Shown here piece after piece: positions 35,545 through 43,237 of a stretch of 43,237 nt of DNA. Below the pieces are notes generated by a model, which was given only the letters and a program-made list of their open reading frames with translations, searched no databases and was not told the origin of the DNA. The translations under genes and the position numbers were made by a program. How positions within the stretch are numbered: position 1 is the stretch's first letter; every line of letters starts with the position of its first letter. The DNA lies in assembly GCA_019347905.1 (NCBI GenBank), contig JAHWKJ010000001.1:1-43237 (forward strand), in the 5' to 3' direction. This stretch comes from Planctomycetota bacterium (lineage in GTDB: Bacteria; Planctomycetota; Planctomycetia; Planctomycetales; Planctomycetaceae).

Positions 35545-36546
35545 ATGCATGTGATGACTCTGTATGCCATGACGGTCGCGGCCGTCCTCGCAGCCACGCC
35601 TCGCGGCACGACGCATACGGCCAACCAGATGGAGCGCGTCGTCAGCATTTTCCGGCTGAAACATATCGAGGTAACGTCGGCCGCAGTGAAGCTTCGGGAG
35701 CAATTTGGTCATGTTGACGGCAGTTCCTATTCACCCGACGCAAGTTCCGAGGCACCGGCGATTGTGGTTGCCGATGTGGCGACAAACACGCTCATCGTCT
35801 GCGCCGTCCCGAAGTTTGCGGAGATGGTGAGCCTGCAAGTCAGCGCCGTCGACATGGACGAGTTCTGGAAGCGCCATCCGCCGTGCCCATTTGGGTGCTG
35901 CCTAGATCCCGAAATATTTCCCGACAGATTGAACCTCACCGGGTCGATCAATGCGTGGTTGTCGACGAGAGCGGACGCGCGACAGCAAGACGAGAACCAC
36001 CGCATCTTTGAAGCGTTAGAGCAGCCAGTCTCGTTCGAGGCCTCGCGACAGCCATTCCGGCAGATCGTGAGCGGTCTTGTCGAAATGGTCGACATCAACT
36101 GTGTCATCGATGACCGTGCCTTGAACGACGCCGGTCTGACTCCTGATACGCCGATGAGCTTCAAGGTCAATGGTCTGAGATTCGGCAAAGCCCTTGATCA
36201 GTTGCTTGCCCCACTGAACCTCACTTACGACGTGGAGCACGAGGTGCTGAAGATCACCAGCGATGGGGAGCTCGCGGATGCCATGATGACAAGAACCTAT
36301 CCAGTTGCCGATCTCGTCGCATCGGTCAAGGACGGCAATCCCGTCGTAGAATTCGAGACGATCACTCGGCAAATCAAGTCCGTCGTGCTGCCGGGGTCAT
36401 GGAGTCCGGGCGGCAGTGCGAGCATCACGCCCGTCGCTGGCCGCCTATCGTTGGCCATCCGGCAGACCCGCAAAGGGCACGAATTGATCAAGCAGTTCCT
36501 GAAACGCATCAGAGCGGATCGGTTCCAGGACGAAACCCTGAGGTGA
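35545..36546 (+). CDS. Exported protein with secretin N-domain-like and STN/N0-like modules but no secretin pore domain
   Basis: Internal ATG 35545 of track ORF 35407-36546, preceded by GGAGGG. Signal-like MHVMTLYAMTVAAVLAA. VSIFRLKHIEVTSAAVKLREQFG...IVVADVATNTLIV resembles Secretin_N. FEASRQPFRQIVSGLVEMVDINCVIDDRAL...FKVNGLRFGKALDQLLAPLNLTYDVEHEVLKIT resembles STN/N0. Confidence 0.55.
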   Translation: MHVMTLYAMTVAAVLAATPRGTTHTANQMERVVSIFRLKHIEVTSAAVKLREQFGHVDGSSYSPDASSEAPAIVVADVATNTLIVCAVPKFAEMVSLQVSAVDMDEFWKRHPPCPFGCCLDPEIFPDRLNLTGSINAWLSTRADARQQDENHRIFEALEQPVSFEASRQPFRQIVSGLVEMVDINCVIDDRALNDAGLTPDTPMSFKVNGLRFGKALDQLLAPLNLTYDVEHEVLKITSDGELADAMMTRTYPVADLVASVKDGNPVVEFETITRQIKSVVLPGSWSPGGSASITPVAGRLSLAIRQTRKGHELIKQFLKRIRADRFQDETLR

Positions 36547-36642
36547 ATGAGTCGGCACGGCGAGGAGGCCAATCAGTACAATTCTCCACGTCCGCCGGAA
36601 CTGCTCCGTTAACAAAGAAGTGGCTGTCTAGGTCAATCGCCG

Positions 36643-38055
36643 TTACGGCGTGAGTCCGGCGGCTCGCTTTCGCCGCAGCAGCCAGTCGCCCGCGATCACC
36701 ACGAGGCCGATTGCGAATAGTGCCGCCGCCGTCACCCAAGCGCCCCGTTTGACGAAGGCCATCAGGCCCAGGCAGGCGGCGATGCCGGCGATGGGGACGG
36801 GGAGCGGGACGCTGAAGCCTTCCGGGGGGCGGCCTTCGCGCAGGCGCAGGGTGAGCAGGGCGGCGTTGACTGTGGTGAAGACTGTCAGCAGCAAGAGGCT
36901 GGTGGTTTGGGCGAGGGCAGCCAGTGTGCCGGAGAAGGCGAGGGCGCAGGCGACCGCGAGCACGGCCAGCACGGCGCGGTGCGGTGTGCGGCGAATCGGG
37001 TGGACGGCGCCCAGCCATGCCGGCAGGAGGTGCTGGCGCGACATGCCGTACAGAAGTCGCGACGCCATCACCGCGTTCAGCAGGCCCGTGTTGGCGACGG
37101 CGAACAGCGCCACCAGCGCGAACAGCCGTGAGGGAACCTGCGGTGCGGCGCGGCGGACGACCTCCACCAGCGGCGCTCCCGTCGCGGCCAGCTCCGCCGG
37201 AGGCACGACCGCTGTGGCGACGAGCGTCACCGCGACGTAGAGGCCTGCCGCAATGACGAGCGCCGTCAGGATGGCTTTAGGGTAGTTCTTTTCGGGGTCG
37301 CGGACCTCTTCGGCGACGTTCACCATGTCTTCGAAGCCGATGAAGGCAAAGAAGGCCAGCGCGGCGCCATTTAGCACGGCCAGCGCACCGAAGCCCGCGG
37401 CGGCGTTCCCCGGGGCCGCCGCGGCTCCCGCAACTTGCGCGGCTGGAGCGGCGGCGGGGTCGTTTCCGGCGAGAAAGATCGTCCCGGCGACGATCACGAG
37501 CAACAGGCCGCTGGCCTCGATCGACGTGCAGACGATGTTCGCCAGCGAAGACTGCTGGATGCCCCAGAACGAGAACGCAGTCGCGATCAGCAGGAAGACG
37601 GCGACGGCGGCCTGGTGAGGAACCAGCGGCAGCAGCTCCGCCACGTGGCGGGCGAAGGCGTGCGAGACCGCCGACATCGAGACCACGCCCGAGCAGAACA
37701 CGAGCCAGCCGACGAGGAGCGGCAGCCAGCGGCGGCGGAACGCCACGTGGCAGAACAGTGCGGCACCGGCACTGCGCGGGTACCGCCGGGCGAACTCCGC
37801 GTATGTGAGGCCGCTCAGCGCCGCCACGCACATCGCGACCAGAAACGATAGCCAACTCCACGTCCCGGCCGCCCCGGCGACTTCGCCCACGAGCGCATAG
37901 ATCCCCGCGCCGAGAATGTCCCCCACGCCGTAGAAGGTGAGTGCAATAAAGCCCAGGTGCCGGTGGAGCGCAGGCCCCTCGTTACCCGCCCGAGCGCGTT
38001 CCGCCTCGGAGGACGGCGCAGGAATCTCTTCGTCGGGTGACTTCGGCAGGCACAT
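36643..38055 (-). CDS. APC superfamily amino acid/polyamine permease
   Basis: Track ORF 36643-38094 with a TTG start. About 12 hydrophobic segments. LGFIALTFYGVGDILGAGIYALVGEVAG and FFAFIGFEDMVNVAEEVRDP are typical APC blocks. I prefer ATG 38055 because the first 13 codons are repeat-derived (LLFKSDSPS). Confidence 0.9.
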   Translation of the reverse strand: MCLPKSPDEEIPAPSSEAERARAGNEGPALHRHLGFIALTFYGVGDILGAGIYALVGEVAGAAGTWSWLSFLVAMCVAALSGLTYAEFARRYPRSAGAALFCHVAFRRRWLPLLVGWLVFCSGVVSMSAVSHAFARHVAELLPLVPHQAAVAVFLLIATAFSFWGIQQSSLANIVCTSIEASGLLLVIVAGTIFLAGNDPAAAPAAQVAGAAAAPGNAAAGFGALAVLNGAALAFFAFIGFEDMVNVAEEVRDPEKNYPKAILTALVIAAGLYVAVTLVATAVVPPAELAATGAPLVEVVRRAAPQVPSRLFALVALFAVANTGLLNAVMASRLLYGMSRQHLLPAWLGAVHPIRRTPHRAVLAVLAVACALAFSGTLAALAQTTSLLLLTVFTTVNAALLTLRLREGRPPEGFSVPLPVPIAGIAACLGLMAFVKRGAWVTAAALFAIGLVVIAGDWLLRRKRAAGLTP

Positions 38056-38077
38056 GCGAACTGCGGAGGGCGAGTCG

Positions 38078-38201
38078 GATTTGAACAGGAGCAAACGAAG
38101 GAAACGGAGCAGGATGGATCTGAATGATTCGATGCCGAGCCTTCGTTATCTCCGTTGTCTCCTGTTCAATCTGGTTGGGGCCGAGCTTTAGCGAGGCCGC
38201 G
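38078..38201. repeat. Family I, copy 2: the ~65-bp element (38135-38201) plus an upstream imperfect inverted arm of NAAACGRAG nonamers (38078-38113)
   Basis: ttgaacaggagcaaacgaaggaaacggag versus the reverse complement of cttcgttatctccgttgtctcctgttcaa matches 23 of 29 by my count. The downstream part aligns with 30951-31013. Confidence 0.7.
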
Positions 38202-38282
38202 CTGGGACCTCTGTCCCTCTGTGTTTCAAATCTGTGGAGCAGCCGAGGGATTCTGCGGACGCCCGATTTTTTCAGCGGGCTC

Positions 38283-39851
38283 TCAGCCCACCCACACGGG
38301 GCTGGACCAGGCCATATGGCCGTTGTGCAGGCGGACGCGGACATAATACCAGTCCGGCACGCTGCCGCGGTCGTGCCAGCGCAGCCGGGCTTCGCATTCG
38401 GCCGGGCCGACCAAACGGCCGACGATCAGGCTCTCGCTGGTGAACGGGCCGGTGAATTCGACGACATTGCCCTCCAGCAGTTCGGCCAGCGGCGCGCGGA
38501 TCGTGCGGTTCACCGGCGAAACCAGCTCGACCTCGAGCTGTGCGTCCGCCGCGGCGTCGAACTCGAACGTCACCGACTTCGTGGGATCTTCGCCGAACGC
38601 GCCGACCCGCGTCGTTGAAGACTGCAGCGACGCCTCGCGCTCGGAAACGAGCCGCAACCTGTCGCGGCGGTCCTCGTCGAACGGAGCCGCCTGGAAGCAG
38701 GGCCACGCGCGCTCGATGCGGCCGCCGGCGATCCGCACCGTCAGGTTCCAGTCGCAGATCCGCCCCAGCGCGAGATCCGCCCACGGACCCCAGCCAAATT
38801 GCAGCCGGCAGCGGACGCGGCCCGGCAGCCGCGGCGGCTCCGCATCGTCTTCGGGGAAATGGCGTTCGATCACGCGGCCGCTCCGCACAAGCTCCACCGT
38901 CTCGATCGAATCCGGCGCTTCGACTCGGACATCAATCTCCCGGTCGTCGGAAAGCGGCAGCTCCGCTCCCATGGGCCGCCCGTTGACGGCGACTTCCAGC
39001 ACGATCCGTTCGCCGGTGGCCGCGTACGTGCGCCGCTCGCGGATCGCCGCGAGGATCGCTTCGCGCGAAAGTTCCTCCGCCCACACGCCAAGCACGCCTT
39101 CCCCGTAGGCGCCCGGATACCCGAGATGATCGTCGCTGGAGGCCACAAAGCCGAACCGCAGCCCGCGCTGAAGTTGCCGCGAGATCGTGTTGGCGGTCCA
39201 GCGTCCGCCGTTGCTGTGGCGGATCATCGGGAAGGGCGCCCGGTCGCTCTCGGTGCAGCCGTGCTCGGAGAAGATCTCCACCACCGGCGACACCGCGGAC
39301 CGGTAGTGCTGCCAGTTGGCCCCGCGCCAGCCCTGCCGATAGGCGACGTGGTGCGGAATGGCCAGAGCCCCGCGCACGGCGGCGAATTCGAGCAGCTTGT
39401 CGGCGTGGTCCGGCAGAAACAGCGGGTTGTCGTCGCCGGGAAAGATCACGCAGTAATCGCCGAACTCGCTGGAATGCCATTCGTAGCCGGCAAACGCCAC
39501 GAACGATTCATCGTTCGCCTCGCGAATCAGCCGGCGGGTCTTCGGCCAGTGCTCTGTATGGACCTCGAAGCCGCGGACCCACTTCAGATGCCGCTCGCCC
39601 GGCATCACCGGCAGGTCGTGCCACGAGGCGTGACCGGTGAAGGCGAAGAAATCGAGGTGCTCGCGGGCGAGGTCGATCGAACGCTCCAGCGAGCCCTTCG
39701 CGTAGCCGACGGCGTTGTGGTTGTGCAGATCGCCCCAGAACAGCCGCAGGGGGCCTTCGCCGTCGTGGAACGGCAGATGCGACTCGGCTCGGGCGCCGGG
39801 ACGGGCGTCGCCGGGACGCGATGTGTGGGGTGACACTGGCTGGGACGTCAT
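38283..39851 (-). CDS. PHP-like / CehA-McbA-like metal-dependent hydrolase (hypothetical)
   Basis: Track ORF 38283-40094. Internal ATG 39851 (MTSQPVSPH...) overlaps the GNAT stop (ATGA). His-rich metal-site-like blocks GDLHNHN, FTGHASWHD, IPHHVAY, FSEHG and SSDDHLGYPG. Confidence 0.6.
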   Translation of the reverse strand: MTSQPVSPHTSRPGDARPGARAESHLPFHDGEGPLRLFWGDLHNHNAVGYAKGSLERSIDLAREHLDFFAFTGHASWHDLPVMPGERHLKWVRGFEVHTEHWPKTRRLIREANDESFVAFAGYEWHSSEFGDYCVIFPGDDNPLFLPDHADKLLEFAAVRGALAIPHHVAYRQGWRGANWQHYRSAVSPVVEIFSEHGCTESDRAPFPMIRHSNGGRWTANTISRQLQRGLRFGFVASSDDHLGYPGAYGEGVLGVWAEELSREAILAAIRERRTYAATGERIVLEVAVNGRPMGAELPLSDDREIDVRVEAPDSIETVELVRSGRVIERHFPEDDAEPPRLPGRVRCRLQFGWGPWADLALGRICDWNLTVRIAGGRIERAWPCFQAAPFDEDRRDRLRLVSEREASLQSSTTRVGAFGEDPTKSVTFEFDAAADAQLEVELVSPVNRTIRAPLAELLEGNVVEFTGPFTSESLIVGRLVGPAECEARLRWHDRGSVPDWYYVRVRLHNGHMAWSSPVWVG

Positions 39852-40309
39852 CGGTTGAAAAACTGCTCCATCACGTCGTAGCCGGCCTCGCGCATGCCGA
39901 GCGAGGCGTAGGTCTCGCGGGCGTGACGGTTGTGCGTTTCGACGTACAGCCGCAGCCCCACCACCGTGGGATCGCGGCGCGCTTCGCCGTACAGGTGCTC
40001 GAACAGCTTGCGGAACACGCCGCGGCGACGGTAGTCGGCGTCCACGTACACGCTCTGCAGCCACCAGATGTCGCCGTTGCGCCAGTCGCTCCATTCGCGG
40101 GTGTGCATGAGCTGCCCGACCACGCGCCCGTTCGAGCAGGCCACGAAGTACCGGCCCTTCCCGCCATCGGCGAGCAGCGCGGCCACGCCCGCCGCGAGCG
40201 TTGCGGTCTGGAGCGCGATCGATTCCGACTCCAGCGCGAGCCGCCGGTTGAACTCGACGATCGTCGGGGCGTCGTCCGGCTGCGCGGCGCGTACGTGGAT
40301 GTCGTTCAT
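39848..40309 (-). CDS. GNAT family N-acetyltransferase
   Basis: Track ORF 39848-40339. Likely start MNDIHVRAAQPDD at 40309. Acetyl-CoA motif A: LQSVYVDADYRRRGVFRKLFEHL. Confidence 0.85.
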   Translation of the reverse strand: MNDIHVRAAQPDDAPTIVEFNRRLALESESIALQTATLAAGVAALLADGGKGRYFVACSNGRVVGQLMHTREWSDWRNGDIWWLQSVYVDADYRRRGVFRKLFEHLYGEARRDPTVVGLRLYVETHNRHARETYASLGMREAGYDVMEQFFNR

Positions 40310-40578
40310 GCGGGCCATTCTAAGGGCATGGCGACCCAACCGGAACGCAGCGGAGTCGCACAGCCGGAAGCGTCAGCGGCCGGCTTGGCGCTTGACCGCA
40401 GCCCGCAATGAGTGCTAACGTATCAGCGCTAGTGGATGCGTGCGTGCCGCTCGCGGAAGGGACCGCGTCGCGGTATGCGTATGGTCCGCCCACCGATGTC
40501 ACACCGGCCACACCCCGGCCGGAAAGAGCGCATCCGGAAAACCCGCCACCGCAAGCCACAGAACCAGGAGGCGGCACG

Positions 40579-43237
40579 ATGTCGCACCGGTTTCCCGCCC
40601 AGACCGCCAACGCATTTTCGCCACGTTGCCGGCACGTCGCGTTGCTGGCGGTGGGGCTGCTTGTCTGCCATGGGATGGGTGGGACGAGCCGTGCTGCGGA
40701 TGACGAACCGCTGCACGTGCGCATCGATCGGCTGATGGAAGCGGCTCGTCTCGGGCCTGTCGCGGAGCCGTGTACCGACGCCGCGTTTCTTCGCCGCAGT
40801 TCTCTGAATCTCGTCGGCACGATTCCGTCAGCCGACGAGGCCCGGGCTTTTCTCGATGATCCTTCACCCGGGAAGCGGACCGCGCTCGTCGACCGGCTAC
40901 TTGGCGATCCTCGGCATGCGATTCACATGGCCGACGTATTCGACGTCATGCTGATGGAACGCCGCGGCGGCAACGAGGTCAAGCAGGAGGACTGGTGGAA
41001 CTACCTGCACCAGTCGTTCGCCCAGGACAAGCCGTGGAACGTGCTCGCCCGCGAGATCCTCTCGGCCGACGGCGTCGATCCCGCACAGCGCGCGGCGGCG
41101 AAGTTCTACCTGGAGCGCGGCGAGCCGAACCTGCTGACGCGCGACGTCGGCCGCATCTTCTTCGGCAAGGACGTGCAGTGCGCGCAGTGCCACGATCATC
41201 CGCTGATCGACAACTACCGGCAGCGCGACTACTACGGGCTGTTCGCGTTCGTCAACCGCGTGTCGCTGTTCAAGGATGCGAAGCTGAAGGCCAACGTCGT
41301 CGCGGAGAAGGCGGAGGGCGACGCCAGCTTCAAGTCGGTCTTTACGGGCGAAGCGGGCGACACACGTCCGCGGCTGCCGGGGGGACTGGAGCTCGACGAG
41401 CCGAGCTTTCCGCCCGGCGAGGAGTACACGGTGAAGCCCGCGAAGGACGTGCGGCCGGTGCCGAAGTACAGCCGGCTTGCTCGCCTGGCGGAAGAAGCGT
41501 CGCAGGGGACGAATGCGGCCTTCAATCGCAACATCGCCAACCGGCTGTGGGCGCTGATGATGGGCCGCGGTCTGGTCGAGCCGGTCGATCTGTTGCACCC
41601 CGAGAACCCACCGTCGCACCCTGAGGTGCTGGAACTGGTCGCGAGCGAATTCGCCACGGGCGGCTTCCAGATCAAGCCGCTATTGCGCGAGCTGGCGCTG
41701 ACGCAGGTGTACCAGCGATCGGTCGAGCTGCCGGCAACGATGGCAGGCGCTGCCGCCGACCTGGCGGCGCGATTGCCGGAGCTTCAGGCCGAAGAGGAGC
41801 GGCTGGAAGCGGAACTGGAGCAGGCGGCGGCCCAGGTGGAACAGGCGTCGGAACCGCTGGCGGCCGCCCGCAAGACGCTGTCCGAAGTGACGGCGGAACT
41901 GGCGAAGTCGACGGCGGCGCTGGCCGAGGCGAAGAAGGCCGCCGAGCCGCTGCAGAAGGCGTTCGCCGAGATTCAGCAGCAGCTCGCGCCGCGGCGGGAA
42001 CTGGCGGGGCTGGTGTCGGCGTCTTCGAGCAAGGCCGCCGAGGCGCTGGCCAAACTGCCGGACGATGCCGAGTTGGCCGCGGCCGTGAAGCTGATCGAGA
42101 GCCGCTCGTCGAAACTGGCGGCGGAAGTGGCGGCACTGGAAAAGACGGCTGGCGAGCGCGAAACGGCCGCCGCCGGCGCGGTCGCGAAGGTCGGCGCGGT
42201 TGAGAAGACGATTGCGGAGTCGAACGCGAAGCTGCCGCCCGCACAGGCCGCCGTCGCCGAGGCCGACCGGCAGTTCGTGGCGGTGGAGACGGAGCGCAAG
42301 CGGCGCGAGACCTTGGCAAACCTGGCGGAATTGCGCGTTGACGCCGCCGCTGCACTTGTCGAGTATGGGGAGCTTGCCGCCGCCGAGAGTGCTGCCGCTG
42401 TCGAGCTGGCGGCGCTGACGAAGCAGCTCGAACCGCAGGCCGCACAACTGGCCGCGCTATCCACAGAACGCGCGCAGCGCGAGCAGGCGCTGACCGAAGC
42501 GAAGCAGCGACTGGAGGCATCGACGACGGCCGTTCAGCAAACGACGGCGAAGCTGGCGGCGGAACGTGAGGCGGCCGGTGCCTTGGCGGCCGCCTCTTCC
42601 GCGACCGCCTCCGCACTCGAAAAGCTGTCTGGCGAGGCCGAGCTCAAGCAGGCTGCAACGATCCTCGAAGCCCGTGCCGCCAGTGTCGGCGCGAGTGCGG
42701 CCGAACTGGAAAAGGCGCTCGCCACTCACCAGGCGCAGGTCCGCGAGGCCCAGACGCAGCGTGATGCGGTGCAGGCCGCATTTGAGAAGCTCACGGCGCA
42801 GGTCGAACCGCTCAAGGCCCAGGTCGAACGGGCGCGGGCTCAGCATGCCTCGCTTCAACAGCGCACCGGCGACGCCCGAGCCGCCGCCGACAAAGCGTGG
42901 GAAGAGCTCGCTGAACATTGGACTGGCCGGGCCGCCGTTGCTCCCCTGCGGGCGCTGACACCCGAGCAGCTTGCCTGGAGCACTCTGCAGGCGACGGGGC
43001 TGGTCGAGCGTCAGCGGGCGGCGTCGACGGCGGAACTGGACAAGAAGGATCCCAAGGCGAAAGAAGCTGCCGAAAGCGATCCCGCCGTCCGTGCCGCCCG
43101 CGACGCCGTCATCGAGCGAGCCGTCTACGATAAGTTGAAGGCTAACGTCGCGCTGTTCACGAGCTTGTTCGGCGGGGCTGCGGGCGAACCGCAGAACCAG
43201 TTCTATGCGACCGTCGATCAGGCCCTGTTCTTCGCCA
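40579..43237 (+). CDS. DUF1549/DUF1553 (PSD1-type) protein with a long Ala/Glu/Leu-rich coiled-coil region; runs off the window end
   Basis: Absent from the track because it is open at the window end. My own translation from ATG 40579, with AGGAGG 7-8 nt upstream, gives a signal-like HVALLAVGLLVCHG. DUF1549-like: FLRRSSLNLVGTIPSADEARAFLDDPSPGKRTALVDRLLGDPRH. Also CAQCHDHPLIDNYRQRDYYGLFAF. DUF1553-like: NRNIANRLWALMMGRGLVEPVDLLHPENPPSHPEVLELVASEF...LLRELALTQVYQRS. Confidence 0.85.
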   Translation, partial: MSHRFPAQTANAFSPRCRHVALLAVGLLVCHGMGGTSRAADDEPLHVRIDRLMEAARLGPVAEPCTDAAFLRRSSLNLVGTIPSADEARAFLDDPSPGKRTALVDRLLGDPRHAIHMADVFDVMLMERRGGNEVKQEDWWNYLHQSFAQDKPWNVLAREILSADGVDPAQRAAAKFYLERGEPNLLTRDVGRIFFGKDVQCAQCHDHPLIDNYRQRDYYGLFAFVNRVSLFKDAKLKANVVAEKAEGDASFKSVFTGEAGDTRPRLPGGLELDEPSFPPGEEYTVKPAKDVRPVPKYSRLARLAEEASQGTNAAFNRNIANRLWALMMGRGLVEPVDLLHPENPPSHPEVLELVASEFATGGFQIKPLLRELALTQVYQRSVELPATMAGAAADLAARLPELQAEEERLEAELEQAAAQVEQASEPLAAARKTLSEVTAELAKSTAALAEAKKAAEPLQKAFAEIQQQLAPRRELAGLVSASSSKAAEALAKLPDDAELAAAVKLIESRSSKLAAEVAALEKTAGERETAAAGAVAKVGAVEKTIAESNAKLPPAQAAVAEADRQFVAVETERKRRETLANLAELRVDAAAALVEYGELAAAESAAAVELAALTKQLEPQAAQLAALSTERAQREQALTEAKQRLEASTTAVQQTTAKLAAEREAAGALAAASSATASALEKLSGEAELKQAATILEARAASVGASAAELEKALATHQAQVREAQTQRDAVQAAFEKLTAQVEPLKAQVERARAQHASLQQRTGDARAAADKAWEELAEHWTGRAAVAPLRALTPEQLAWSTLQATGLVERQRAASTAELDKKDPKAKEAAESDPAVRAARDAVIERAVYDKLKANVALFTSLFGGAAGEPQNQFYATVDQALFFA

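Noticed and set aside
38056-38094. TTG-initiated first 13 codons of the permease ORF (LLFKSDSPSAVR)
   Set aside because: The sequence is part of the family I repeat arm. An ATG at 38055 gives a normal APC N-terminus.

Overview
High-GC bacterial chromosomal window. The gene content points to Planctomycetota: a DUF1559 prepilin-like H-X9-DG protein, a DUF1549/DUF1553 protein, a DUF1573 lipoprotein and a GT39-like GT-C enzyme. I support about 33 CDS. Housekeeping genes: carB, nadC, ald, a CbpA-like J-protein, an APC permease, a TolC-like efflux lipoprotein (edge-truncated, not in the ORF track), an Ldh_2 oxidoreductase, a GDPD and a GNAT. Signalling module: a Cache-sensor Ser/Thr kinase translationally coupled to an FHA-domain class III adenylate cyclase, then a small ORF coupled to a CheY-like receiver. 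One long minus-strand string runs 22232 down to 11823: DUF1559 pilin-like, GT-C glycosyltransferase, hypothetical, C39-like peptidase, DUF1573 lipoprotein, 15-Cys secreted protein, LolA-like anchored protein, GT2, methyltransferase, beta-helix protein. There is also a RelE/ParE toxin-antitoxin pair. No rRNA, tRNA, CRISPR, transposase or integrase was recognised. The most unusual signal is a set of short simple-sequence palindromic hairpin repeats in at least nine sequence families. Several of them sit IN FRAME inside conserved genes: carB twice, nadC, the kinase Cache domain and the GT-C enzyme. There they are translated as loop insertions such as EDGGWRME.../...PSSILHP. The (GGATGGAG)n family is free of stop codons in all six frames. 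Other candidates worth follow-up: a lower-GC C39 / DUF1573 / Cys-rich / LolA-like cassette, a pilin-plus-GT-C glycosylation-like arrangement, a 23% tyrosine secreted protein with a Trp/Asp tail, and a membrane protein with a DnaJ-type CXXCXGXG x4 zinc finger. All family names come from motif recognition by eye. No database search was run.
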